From an uncultured Poribacteria bacterium (lineage in GTDB: Bacteria > Poribacteria > WGA-4E > WGA-3G), in assembly GCA_958296135.2 (NCBI GenBank), contig CATQHZ020000001.1:2176001-2240000 (forward strand): a DNA stretch of 64,000 nt, given 5' to 3'. The position numbers were made by a program, and so were the translations under genes. Under the pieces are notes generated by a model, which saw nothing but the letters and a program-made list of their open reading frames with translations, made no database searches and had not been told where the DNA came from. This document shows positions 53,411 through 63,262 of this stretch, piece by piece. Position 1 is the stretch's first letter; every line of letters begins with the position of its first letter.

Positions 53411-54262
53411 ATGGAAATTCCACCTCGCATTATCACCTTAACAACCGATTTCGGCACTAGCGACGCTTACGTCGGTGTCATGAAAGGCGTAATTCTGGGC
53501 ATCAATCCTAGCGCGCAGGTGGTTGACCTCACGCATGCCATCCCACCGCAGGATGTCCATGAAGCAGCGTTCTTAATCCATTCGGCGCACCGCTACTTCC
53601 CAAAAGGCACGATTCATACCATCGTCGTTGACCCGGGTGTCGGAAGCAATCGCCGAGCGATAGTTTGCCAAACCGATAGCGCGTTTTTTGTCTGTCCGGA
53701 TAATGGAGTGCTGAGTTATCTGGTAGAAGAGACTTCCGGTCCCAATTTCCTACCCGTTTGCGCGATTTCCAAGCGCGCAAACGCGGTAACAATCGAAAAC
53801 CCGGCGTATCTCTTACCCCACGTGAGCAACACCTTCCACGGCCGGGATATTTTCGCCCCGGTTGCAGCGCATCTCTCACTCGGCGTACCGCTTGCAAGAA
53901 TTGGAACACCGGTTCATAACCTCGTCCAACTGCCGATGCCAGAGATACACATCTCCGACGATACGCTTACCGGGCAGATTGTCAAGGTGGATAGTTTCGG
54001 GAATCTGATAACGAACATCTCGCGCAGAGATTTCGTAGCGTGGACAGAAACCGCGCCGCCTTACACAATTCAGATAGGCAACGCACGTATTAATCGTCTG
54101 AACCGCGCCTACGCCGAATCTGACATCGGCGAACCCCTGGCGATTATTGGCAGCTTTGGATTATTAGAGATTGCAGTGAACCGCGGCAGTGCCGAAGAAC
54201 GGTTAGGATTAAAACGGGGGGATGCCGTTATTATTCGGAAAAAACGCCTGCTTCACCCGTAG
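53411..54262 (+). CDS. SAM hydroxide adenosyltransferase / chlorinase-fluorinase family (DUF62)
   Basis: TLTTDFG, VVDPGVG, PDNG, TFHGRDIFAP, DSFGN and LEIAVN motifs. Confidence 0.93.
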   Translation: MEIPPRIITLTTDFGTSDAYVGVMKGVILGINPSAQVVDLTHAIPPQDVHEAAFLIHSAHRYFPKGTIHTIVVDPGVGSNRRAIVCQTDSAFFVCPDNGVLSYLVEETSGPNFLPVCAISKRANAVTIENPAYLLPHVSNTFHGRDIFAPVAAHLSLGVPLARIGTPVHNLVQLPMPEIHISDDTLTGQIVKVDSFGNLITNISRRDFVAWTETAPPYTIQIGNARINRLNRAYAESDIGEPLAIIGSFGLLEIAVNRGSAEERLGLKRGDAVIIRKKRLLHP

Positions 54263-54361
54263 CGCGAGGGAAAACTCGGCGATTCGCGCTCGCCGGGCCC
54301 GCGCCCTACGGACATAGGAACGGTGATATAGTCTCAGTCGATAAATAGGAGAAACATCGAA

Positions 54362-55351
54362 TTGAAACAGATTGCTTTAACAGGAATCAAACCGACGGGA
54401 CAGCCGCACATCGGCAACTACCTTGGCATGATCAAACCCGCGCTGGAACTCGCGGAGGATAGACAGGCTCTCTACTTCATCGCGGATTATCATGCAGTGA
54501 CTACCGTCAAAAACAAGAAAGAGTTACAGGATTTGACGCACCAAGCCGCGGCGACATGGCTGGCATTGGGGCTCAACCCGGACGAAGTCATTTTCTACCG
54601 CCAATCGGACATCCCGGAAGTGTTCGAGCTGACATGGGTGTTGGCATGCTTCACGGCGAAGGGGTTGCTCAACCGCGCGCACGCCTATAAAGCGATTGTT
54701 GACGACAACCTCGCTGCCGGCCGTGAGACAGACAAAGGCATCAACGCCGGGTTGTTCACATACCCCGTTTTGATGGCGGCGGACATCTTGCTATTCGGAA
54801 CGCATATCGTTCCCGTCGGGTTAGATCAGCAGCAACACCTAGAAGTAACTCGCGATGTCGCTATCGCCTTTAATAAGAACTATGGGAACGTCTTGACGGT
54901 GCCGGAGGCTGTCATCCGAAAAGGGGTGATGACTATCCCCGGCCTCGACGGGAGGAAAATGAGTAAAAGTTATAACAACGTCATCCCCATTTTCGCGCAG
55001 CCGAACCAAATCCGCAATCAGGTGAGGCGGATTGTAACGGATTCCAAGCGGCCGGAAGAACCGAAGGACCCGGATGAATGCAACGTCTTCGCTATCTATC
55101 GGCATTTTGCGGATGCGGCGGCAGTCGCAGCGAAGCGGCGACTCTATCTTGACGGAGGCCTCGGATACGGCGACATGAAAAAGGAGCTCCTCGAGTTGCT
55201 AGAGGCGACTTTTGCTGCCAAACGCGATACGTATAACGAACTGATGGAAAATCGGGATGAGTTAGATAAGGTGCTGCAGCAGGGTGCAGAGAAAGCGCGG
55301 GAGATTGCGGTGCCGGTCTTGCGGAAGGTGCGGAAGGCAGTAGGGGTTTAA
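54362..55351 (+). CDS. trpS: Tryptophanyl-tRNA synthetase
   Basis: TGIKPTG, HIGNY, YPVLMAADI and KMSKS motifs. Confidence 0.96.
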   Translation: MKQIALTGIKPTGQPHIGNYLGMIKPALELAEDRQALYFIADYHAVTTVKNKKELQDLTHQAAATWLALGLNPDEVIFYRQSDIPEVFELTWVLACFTAKGLLNRAHAYKAIVDDNLAAGRETDKGINAGLFTYPVLMAADILLFGTHIVPVGLDQQQHLEVTRDVAIAFNKNYGNVLTVPEAVIRKGVMTIPGLDGRKMSKSYNNVIPIFAQPNQIRNQVRRIVTDSKRPEEPKDPDECNVFAIYRHFADAAAVAAKRRLYLDGGLGYGDMKKELLELLEATFAAKRDTYNELMENRDELDKVLQQGAEKAREIAVPVLRKVRKAVGV

Positions 55352-55405
55352 TAGCCAATTGCCTTAGCTCGTATCCCTAGTAAGCGGGCGGATAGAGACA
55401 TCCGC

Positions 55406-55445
55406 CCTGACGTATCACAATCTGGCCTGACGTATCACAATCTGG
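55406..55445. repeat. 20-bp exact tandem duplication abutting a REP
   Basis: cctgacgtatcacaatctgg x2. Confidence 0.9.
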
Positions 55446-55454
55446 CACTCGCTT

Positions 55455-56408
55455 CTACAAGTGCGCGCGCATCAGTTTCTGATATTCAGTGTGCGCCGCC
55501 TGCGCGTCATATTCGCCATCAAGGACGCGGCGGAGGCACCGCACAAAGCCTATCGGCGCATCTTCCCCAAAGATAGTACGGCCAAACAAGATGGCGCGCC
55601 CACCGTTCTGGACGACGTTCTCCGCAAGCGCAAATGTGCTACGCGCATTTTGACGCGGACCGCCTAAAGCACCGATAACCAGCGTCTCATCAAACTGGCA
55701 CAACTCACGCCACACCTCCGCCGTCGTGTAGGCGGTTTTGATGAAGCGCGGACGCTGATGCTTGCGCAAATAACTCATCGTGCGAACGATGGAATCCGCC
55801 ACATACATCCCCCGTTTCTCATCGTCCATCCCCGGCAATTTGACGTTAGGCAGGAAAACCTCGAGCAGATGATCGAATCCCTCAATCTCGCCGACGATGT
55901 GCGCGAATTGGACATACGCCTGCAACATCCGCTCGTCAGCACCCGGGTCGTTGTTCAGCGTGATGGAATACAGCCCGAGGTTGACCCGACACTCCAGGGC
56001 CGGCGCGATGAGTGCCTCGCAATAGCGGTGCATATCCTCGGGGAACACCGTCTGGAAAGGCATGGACGGCCGCGAGGTATAGACTCCGAAGCGCGGATTC
56101 CAGATAGCCGTCTCCGAGTTCATCCGGACAATCGGCGTGATGTGTGTGTTTTCAAAGAGGTTCTCTTCAAGTGCCAGCGTTTCGGCATCAGCAGGTGTCA
56201 TGAGAAGCCCATCGAGCTGCCCATCTGCAGCAAGTTCGCGTTGGAACTCCAAAAACTCCGCGTGCGTCCGGTAGTGTGGTTTGGGATGCTGCACCTGCCC
56301 GAGCCCCTTGATGCCTGCCGATGCAAGCGGGTCTGCAGCGAAGACCAGGATTGGGCTCCGCGCAAGTAGGGCGGTGTCAGCGAGTTTGTCAAATATCCGA
56401 TTGCCCAT
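55455..56408 (-). CDS. Class I aldolase-like TIM-barrel protein of unknown function
   Basis: HLLEVF, FIKTAY (putative Schiff-base Lys), ALGG and LFGRTIF motifs. Confidence 0.6.
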   Translation of the reverse strand: MGNRIFDKLADTALLARSPILVFAADPLASAGIKGLGQVQHPKPHYRTHAEFLEFQRELAADGQLDGLLMTPADAETLALEENLFENTHITPIVRMNSETAIWNPRFGVYTSRPSMPFQTVFPEDMHRYCEALIAPALECRVNLGLYSITLNNDPGADERMLQAYVQFAHIVGEIEGFDHLLEVFLPNVKLPGMDDEKRGMYVADSIVRTMSYLRKHQRPRFIKTAYTTAEVWRELCQFDETLVIGALGGPRQNARSTFALAENVVQNGGRAILFGRTIFGEDAPIGFVRCLRRVLDGEYDAQAAHTEYQKLMRAHL

Positions 56409-56510
56409 GTATTCTTCCTTTTTTGTCAGCATTTACGCCGCTTCTGGTAGGCGCGGTTTCAAACCGCGCGCTTGCAACACGCGCCTACCGGCGGACGTTT
56501 TGTATCCATC

Positions 56511-59051
56511 CTACAAAACGCTCGTCGGATCGATGTCTATCATCAATTCAACGGCGTTGGATCTAATTGCGGGCGGCGGCTCGGCAGTCAACTGCTGAAT
56601 GCGTTGTGAGATAGCTTCAGCAGTTGCGCTGCGGAGCAAAAAGTGCCACCGGAATTTTCCTTCAATTTTTGAGAGCGGCGCAGGCGCAGGGCCCAGAACT
56701 TCCACCGAATCCTTGGTAGGCGGCGGTTGTAACCCTGCATCAGTTTGCAAGTGCTGAAGTTGATTCAGTACGGTGTGCGCTGCCGCAATAACCGCTTCTT
56801 CGTCTTTGCCGCGGAGGAGGAGCCGTGCCACATGCGAAAAAGGCGGGTATCGTAATTCTCCGCGCACCGCTACCTCTTGCTCATAAAAACCGACGTAGTC
56901 GTGCTGCTGCGCGGCCGTGATGCAATAGTGTTCTGGCATATAGGTTTGGATGATAACCTCGCCGGGGAGCTCGGCACGGCCGGAGCGTCCCGCGACCTGC
57001 GTCAGCAGGCTGAACGTCTGTTCACTCGCCCGGAAATCAGGGAAATTTAAGGCAGTATCCGCGGCGATAACGCCGACCAGGGTGACGTTTGGAAAATCCA
57101 AGCCCTTCGACACCATCTGTGTGCCTATGAGGATGTCGATTTCCCGCTGTTGAAATGCCGTTAAAATCTGTTGATGTGCGTTCTTTCGGGCAGTGGAATC
57201 GGCATCAAACCGTTTGACGTTCGCGGCAGGGAACGCTTTGCGAACCTCCTGCTCAATCGCCTCTGTACCCAAACCAAAATAGCGGATAGCAGGACTGCTA
57301 CACTGCGGACAAGTGGGATGTGTGTCGCATTTATGCCCGCAGTGATGGCAAACCAGTTTCTTAGTCTCGAAGTGAAACGTCAATGAAATGGAGCAGTTGT
57401 GGCACCGCTCAACGTAGCCGCAAGTTCGGCAGAAAACGTAGGTGGAGTGTCCGCGCCGATTCAGGAAGAGGATAATCTGCTCGCGTTTGACAAGGCGCGG
57501 CTCGATCGCGGCTCGGAGGCGCTTGGAGAAAATGGTGCGGTTTCCGCCTTTCAATTCCGCTCGCATATCAACGACATGCACTTCCGGCAGCTTTCTATCC
57601 AGCACCCGTGTGGGCAGGCTGAGGAGTTGATAGGTGCCGTTGCGAGCGCGGTGGAAACTCTCCAGTGCCGGTGTCGCACTGCCGAGTAGGAGCGCGCAGT
57701 TGGCAAGTTCACTCCGCTTCTGTGCTACCTCCCGCGCATGGTAACGCGGTGCTGTATCCGATTTATAGGAATCCGAGTGCTCCTCGTCAATAATTATTAA
57801 ACCGAGCGCCTTGACCGGGGCGAACACGGCGGAACGCGGGCCGATGACGATGGTGGCTCCGCCTTTTTGGACGCGGTGCCAACTGTCATAGCGTTCGCCA
57901 TCGCTCAGGCGGCTGTGCAGCACCGCAACGCGCTCGCCAAACCGCCCGATAAACCGCGAGGCAGTCTGCGGCGTCAACGAAATCTCTGGCACTAAGACGA
58001 TGACAGACTTCCCGCTTTCCAGAATCGACGCAATTGCCTGCATATAGACTTCTGTCTTGCCGCTCCCAGTTACGCCGTGAAGAAGCAAAATCCGCCTCAA
58101 TTCCGTAGGCGCGGTTTCCAACCGCGCTAGCGCGTTCTGGAGCGCCGCGAACGCCGCCCCTTGTGCCGGATTAAGTTGATAAGGTTTCGTGGCTGCAACC
58201 GGTTGGCAGCTCAGTGGATTCCGCACCACTGGTGCCTGTGTCATGCGGATGAAGCCGCGTCTTTCAAGGGTGCGGAGTAGGGAGGCACTTGTGCGCGCAC
58301 GCTTGGTGAGCTCTGCCGTGGCTACCGGCACCTCTTCATCAAGCAGGATTTGCAGAATTTCCGCGTGCTTCGCGGAGGCCGGCCGACGGCCCTTGCCTCC
58401 AAGACGTAGGGGTGGATTTCCGGAGCCGCCCGCTTCTTCCGTCAGTCTCGCAATTTCCGCCGCAATATCGGCAGGCGGCAAAGCAAGCGATGCTACGGTG
58501 GCCACCCGCGCGGTGGCCTTCGGTTTGTGGGTGACGTAGACATCAACAACGCCTTTTTCACGGAGCGCGGAAATCTTGGGACGGAGACTCGTGTAGTTGA
58601 CACCGACGCGCCGCGCAATCTGGTTTGGAGAGAGCTCGCCCTCCGCTTCCAACAGCGCGACAATCTCCTTCTGAACGCCCCTGACAGGGGGTGTACCGCC
58701 TTCTACCAGCTGCACCCGCTGCTGTTTCTGGCTGCGCACGGCGGCTGGCACCGCACAAAAGAGCGCGCTCCCCCATGAAGAGACGTAGTACTCCGCCATC
58801 CACCTCGTGAGCGCAAGCAGCTCAGCAGAGAACGTCGGAGATTTATCAAGACAGTCAGAGATGTTCTTGATTGACATAGGGGCCAAGTCTGTCGCGTCTA
58901 TCCGTTCAACGACGACACCTTCCTGTGTACTCCGCCGAAAAGGCGCAAGCACGCGGACACCCGGTTGCACAATAGCATCCAAATGCGGCGGCACGGCGTA
59001 TGTAAACAGCTGATCGATCGCCAGTGGGAAGGCGATGTTGGCGTAACGCAT
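56511..59051 (-). CDS. priA: Primosomal protein N' (helicase)
   Basis: GVTGSGKTEVY, VPEISLTPQ, DEEH, four CxxC and QVAGRSGR motifs. Confidence 0.96.
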   Translation of the reverse strand: MRYANIAFPLAIDQLFTYAVPPHLDAIVQPGVRVLAPFRRSTQEGVVVERIDATDLAPMSIKNISDCLDKSPTFSAELLALTRWMAEYYVSSWGSALFCAVPAAVRSQKQQRVQLVEGGTPPVRGVQKEIVALLEAEGELSPNQIARRVGVNYTSLRPKISALREKGVVDVYVTHKPKATARVATVASLALPPADIAAEIARLTEEAGGSGNPPLRLGGKGRRPASAKHAEILQILLDEEVPVATAELTKRARTSASLLRTLERRGFIRMTQAPVVRNPLSCQPVAATKPYQLNPAQGAAFAALQNALARLETAPTELRRILLLHGVTGSGKTEVYMQAIASILESGKSVIVLVPEISLTPQTASRFIGRFGERVAVLHSRLSDGERYDSWHRVQKGGATIVIGPRSAVFAPVKALGLIIIDEEHSDSYKSDTAPRYHAREVAQKRSELANCALLLGSATPALESFHRARNGTYQLLSLPTRVLDRKLPEVHVVDMRAELKGGNRTIFSKRLRAAIEPRLVKREQIILFLNRRGHSTYVFCRTCGYVERCHNCSISLTFHFETKKLVCHHCGHKCDTHPTCPQCSSPAIRYFGLGTEAIEQEVRKAFPAANVKRFDADSTARKNAHQQILTAFQQREIDILIGTQMVSKGLDFPNVTLVGVIAADTALNFPDFRASEQTFSLLTQVAGRSGRAELPGEVIIQTYMPEHYCITAAQQHDYVGFYEQEVAVRGELRYPPFSHVARLLLRGKDEEAVIAAAHTVLNQLQHLQTDAGLQPPPTKDSVEVLGPAPAPLSKIEGKFRWHFLLRSATAEAISQRIQQLTAEPPPAIRSNAVELMIDIDPTSVL

Positions 59052-59138
59052 CTTTTGTATTTCCTACCTGTTGTTGGCGTTTCTGGGAAAAGGACTTCCT
59101 TTACCAAGCCGTCTTGACGACACTAATGAAAAGCGCGC

Positions 59139-60683
59139 CTACGGCAGATTGTGCAATTTTGGCAGCATGAACTCTGTCTGCTCATCCTTAAAATGACGCG
59201 CCGATTTGTGCCGCGATTCGATGCGCCACGGCAGCCGGATCGTTTCGTTCAGCGAGGCCGGGTTCGCAAAGTAACCGTCGTCAATCTGCCAAAACTGGAG
59301 GCGCGGATAAGATTCTCCGTTATGTTGGAATGTTCCCATGCTTTCCTGCATTGCCTTCATGCCGCTGCTGATTGGCTCTACCGTAATAAAAATGCCTACC
59401 TGCGCCTTCGCCTCACGGATAGCGTAACAGAACGCGCGAAGCGCAGATATGTTCGGTTTGCCGGATTTTACCTCGGCGATAACGCGCGTATGCCGCGCTT
59501 TCTGGTTACGTGGATTCCATACCTTCACGGTGCCGGTGCCATCAAAACCGCCATCGCCGACATTTGCAGTGGGTTCAAGCCCGATACGTGTCACTGCCCA
59601 GTTGGCGAAGTCGTGATACTTTTTCTGGTCGCGCACCAGCAGCGTCACTTCCTGCATATTCGTCGGGTAGCCCGCGATTTCATAATCAACGGAGGGCCCA
59701 AGTCCATGCCTGTCGCGCAGCCGTTTCTGTATTGCATCTAACGCGAGCAGCGTCACATCAATACCGAGCCACTGCCGATTCAGCGTCTCCGCTGCATCAA
59801 TCGTTGTACCGCACCCGCAGAACGGATCGAGCACAATATCGCCAGGGTTTGACGATGCCTCAATAAGTCGCTCATAAAGCGCGAGCGGCTTCTGTGTCGG
59901 ATAGCCGAGACGTTCCTGGGAAGTTGAACCAATTTGATTCATCTCACTACCCCGCAGATAGGTGAAGACATCGTCCATCGGGGTTCCCTCATCCCAATAG
60001 AACCGCTTCCATTCGCCGTTCTTATCTTTGGTATGATTCCTGCGGTATTTGCGCCCAGCCTCATCTTCATACTTGAACCGATGCTTGTCTTTCTCGGCAT
60101 ACGGCATCCGTGGTGGATTGAACACGAACGAGGGGCCTTTGACGTAACGCAGGATAATGTCGTGCTTGCGCTTGAAATCTAGACGCGGGGCACTCCCCGC
60201 AGAGTAGTGCCAAACAATTTCATTCCTGAAGTTGGCCACGCCGAACATGGCATCCATCAAACCTTTCAGATAATGACTCGCCGTTGGATCGCAGTGCAAA
60301 TACATGCTTCCCCTGGGCTGGAGCACGCGGTGGAGTTCAAGGAGGCGTGGCCCCATGAAGGCGAGATACGCGCGCATGGCACTCGGCGCGCCACTCGTCG
60401 CTTTCTGTAGCACAAAGTCGTACCCGATGAGCGCGTTGTTCAAGACGGCGTAACTTTCGGATGTCCGAGCGAGTCTGCCAATTTCACGCCGCGCGTCTTG
60501 CGCTGCATCGTCCCACGTCCACGTATCCACAAACGCTGTCCGCTGCGATTGTGACTCTGTCAAAAACGTGTTGTAGTTGCGGCCGCTGTTGAAAGGCGGA
60601 TCGGTGCAAACGAGATGGATAGACTCGGACTCCATTTCGCGCAAGATTTCCAAATTATCGCCGAAGTAAATTTTTCGCAGCAT
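59139..60683 (-). CDS. Beta-class DNA methyltransferase fused to an Mrr-like PD-(D/E)xK restriction endonuclease domain
   Basis: TDPPF, GYPTQKP and LDPFCGCGTT; C-terminal DGGFDG...AEVKSG...GIFIT. Confidence 0.88.
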   Translation of the reverse strand: MLRKIYFGDNLEILREMESESIHLVCTDPPFNSGRNYNTFLTESQSQRTAFVDTWTWDDAAQDARREIGRLARTSESYAVLNNALIGYDFVLQKATSGAPSAMRAYLAFMGPRLLELHRVLQPRGSMYLHCDPTASHYLKGLMDAMFGVANFRNEIVWHYSAGSAPRLDFKRKHDIILRYVKGPSFVFNPPRMPYAEKDKHRFKYEDEAGRKYRRNHTKDKNGEWKRFYWDEGTPMDDVFTYLRGSEMNQIGSTSQERLGYPTQKPLALYERLIEASSNPGDIVLDPFCGCGTTIDAAETLNRQWLGIDVTLLALDAIQKRLRDRHGLGPSVDYEIAGYPTNMQEVTLLVRDQKKYHDFANWAVTRIGLEPTANVGDGGFDGTGTVKVWNPRNQKARHTRVIAEVKSGKPNISALRAFCYAIREAKAQVGIFITVEPISSGMKAMQESMGTFQHNGESYPRLQFWQIDDGYFANPASLNETIRLPWRIESRHKSARHFKDEQTEFMLPKLHNLP

Positions 60684-60691
60684 GACGCAGG

Positions 60692-61393
60692 TTATCCTTG
60701 CTTTAAGAAATCCATCACCTTTTTGATGTCTTCCCACACGTCGCGCTTCGCATTCGGGTTGCGGAGCAAATATGCAGGATGATACGTCGGCATCACCATG
60801 GGCGCGTTTTCCCGCTGTCCCGCGATACCATACGGATAGAACTCGCCGCGCAGTGCCGTGATGCCCGTCTTCGTATTCAGCAACTTCTGTGCAGCGAAAC
60901 TGCCGAGTGCCACGATGACCTTCGGCTGAATGAGCTCGATTTGGCGTTCCAAATAAGGGCTACACATTTCCACCTCGTCGGATGCCGGATTTCTGTTGCC
61001 CGGCGGCCGGCATTTGAGTATGTTGGCGATGTAGACATCAGCGCGCGTTAAATGCATCCCTTTCTCAATGATGTCTGTCAGCAGTTTTCCGGCCCTGCCG
61101 ACAAAAGGTTCCCCGAGCCGGTCTTCATCAGCACCGGGTGCCTCGCCGACAAACATCAACGCTGCGTTCGGGTCGCCCACTCCGAAGACGACGGTATTCC
61201 GAGTCGCATGCAGGCCGCATCGGGTGCAACCCTGGGCATCGGCATCTAACTGGCGCAGGTCGAACGTAGCGTAAGGAGATTCCGGCTGTGGTTCCTGGAG
61301 TTCGGTGAAACCGAGTTCAAGTTGTTCTTGCACGTATTCCCTCACAGTTGCGACAAGTTGTAGGTATTCTTCTCTAATACTGTCTGTGTTCAT
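60692..61393 (-). CDS. Uracil-DNA glycosylase, family 4
   Basis: [22 protein letters not shown] and TYHPAYLLR motifs; start moved to ATG 61393. Confidence 0.92.
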   Translation of the reverse strand: MNTDSIREEYLQLVATVREYVQEQLELGFTELQEPQPESPYATFDLRQLDADAQGCTRCGLHATRNTVVFGVGDPNAALMFVGEAPGADEDRLGEPFVGRAGKLLTDIIEKGMHLTRADVYIANILKCRPPGNRNPASDEVEMCSPYLERQIELIQPKVIVALGSFAAQKLLNTKTGITALRGEFYPYGIAGQRENAPMVMPTYHPAYLLRNPNAKRDVWEDIKKVMDFLKQG

Positions 61394-61556
61394 GGTGGCA
61401 TGGCGAGGGACAGGTTTCCCGCGCCCTACGGTAAAAACGGACACTCGCAGCATGGCGAGGGACAGGTTTCCCGCGCCCACTGTCGTTCGGGCTCGCAACC
61501 CGCCGATGTTAGTGACATCAGAAGCCCGGCGCGAGAAAATTCAAATGAGTTTGGTA

Positions 61557-63239
61557 TTAATTGCGCAGTTCGTGGATTAAGGAGAGCCCATCGAACCACG
61601 TGATATACAGAAACAGGGCAATCATGAGCACAACACTGACGTGTTGAACGATTGCCTGCTTTTTCAGACTGAGGGGCCTTCCGCGGACTTTCTCAACGGC
61701 GAAAAATAGCAGATGCCCACCGTCTGCGATGGGAATCGGCAATAAATTGACGATGCTGAGATTGATGCTGATAAACCCGATGAAAAAGAGCGCGCTGCCG
61801 AGTCCCAATTCAAACATGCGGCTCGTCGCGTTCGCGATGCCAATGGGGCCCGTGAGGAATTTCGGCGAGACCTCTTGGCTTATCAACTGTCGCAGCGTCT
61901 TGCCGATGGACTCCACCGTCAGCCACGAGGCTTCCAGGCTCTTTCCGAAGGCGGTAAATAAACTATACGTCGGCAAGTCACGCGATGGGACACCGAATGA
62001 AATACCGCTGAGCGTCGCATTCCAACCGAACCCGTAAGGGGTGCCAGTGATTTCGGATGTTTCAGCCGAGGCAATCGCGCCCGGTGAAAGTGCCACGGTA
62101 TGTTTCTCACCCTCGCGAAGCAGGCCGAGCTCAAGCCGGCCATCTACCCCCCATAATTGTGCAGAGAGCATTGCGTTCTCCACCGCTTTTCCGTTGAGGC
62201 TGAGTAGCGTATCGCCCGTGCGGACACCGGAGGCTTTCGCATCGGGCGGCACAGCTGCAGTAAGCTCCCACTGCACCGGCACTTTTACTACCATGGCGGT
62301 GCCGTCGCGACGAATCCCAAGGTGGAGCTCATCCGGATGCCGCTGAATTGTGCGGTAGAGGGCCTGATGGTGGGTTGAAATCCAATCCGCCTCCGGATCC
62401 CAAATCTGCGAATCGAACCGGGGCACGTTGTAGATTTTTTGCCCATTGATTGTCTCAACCCGGTCGCCGATTTGGATACCGACTTTTTCCGCCAGACTGC
62501 CTTCGGCCACTTCGGTGACTATCACTTTGCTACTGCTACTCACCTGAAGGATGCCGCTGTCGCCTCTCGCGCCGCGGATGCCTTCGGGGACAACAGTGAA
62601 CGTTTGCGCGGTGCCATTACGTTCAACAGCAACATCTAATTCCTGCCCGGGGCTAGTGTAAATGCGGGTATGGAAGGCCGTCCAATTTTCAACAGACGCG
62701 CCGTTGATAGACGTGATGACATCGCCGGACTTCAACCCGCCACGCGCCCCCGGGCCATCCGGTGCAACCGTGCCAAGTTGAACTGCCTCCTTTTCGCTGC
62801 CGATGTGCAGGCCGATCAGCCGCTCAATGAAGGTGGCAGAGTAGTCATTCAAACCGAATTGGAAGACGAGCCAATAAGCGAATACGCCGAAGAAGAGATT
62901 TACAGCGGGACCAGCGATGACGACAAACGCACGGCTGCCTAGCGATGCACTGCCGAATTCACCGCGCGCGCCTGTCTGTTCGTTTGGGTTTTCACCCTCC
63001 ATTTGGACATAGCCGCCGAAGGGTAACAGAGAAATGCGGTATTCCGTCTCCCCGTATTCAAACCCGATTAATTTCGGACCGAAGCCGAGAGAGAAAGTGT
63101 TCACCTTAATACCGGACTTTTTCGCCGCGAAAAAATGACCGAGTTCGTGGATAAAGATGAGGAAACCGAGCGGGATAATCGCAAGGAGCACAGTTTTTAG
63201 TGTTGGAAGAAGTGTTATGATTGGGTCTAGAAGTTCCAT
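61557..63239 (-). CDS. rseP: RIP metalloprotease RseP with multiple PDZ domains
   Basis: HELGH, AGPAVN, GPIGI and NLLPIPIADGG motifs. Confidence 0.92.
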   Translation of the reverse strand: MELLDPIITLLPTLKTVLLAIIPLGFLIFIHELGHFFAAKKSGIKVNTFSLGFGPKLIGFEYGETEYRISLLPFGGYVQMEGENPNEQTGARGEFGSASLGSRAFVVIAGPAVNLFFGVFAYWLVFQFGLNDYSATFIERLIGLHIGSEKEAVQLGTVAPDGPGARGGLKSGDVITSINGASVENWTAFHTRIYTSPGQELDVAVERNGTAQTFTVVPEGIRGARGDSGILQVSSSSKVIVTEVAEGSLAEKVGIQIGDRVETINGQKIYNVPRFDSQIWDPEADWISTHHQALYRTIQRHPDELHLGIRRDGTAMVVKVPVQWELTAAVPPDAKASGVRTGDTLLSLNGKAVENAMLSAQLWGVDGRLELGLLREGEKHTVALSPGAIASAETSEITGTPYGFGWNATLSGISFGVPSRDLPTYSLFTAFGKSLEASWLTVESIGKTLRQLISQEVSPKFLTGPIGIANATSRMFELGLGSALFFIGFISINLSIVNLLPIPIADGGHLLFFAVEKVRGRPLSLKKQAIVQHVSVVLMIALFLYITWFDGLSLIHELRN

Positions 63240-63262
63240 CAGGGGACCCCCTCGTTATTTAG

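Noticed and set aside
61394-61498. REP-encoded N-terminal extension of UDG
   Set aside because: The frame is open through two family C REPs, but ATG 61393 is a more plausible start, so it was not counted as an in-frame insertion.
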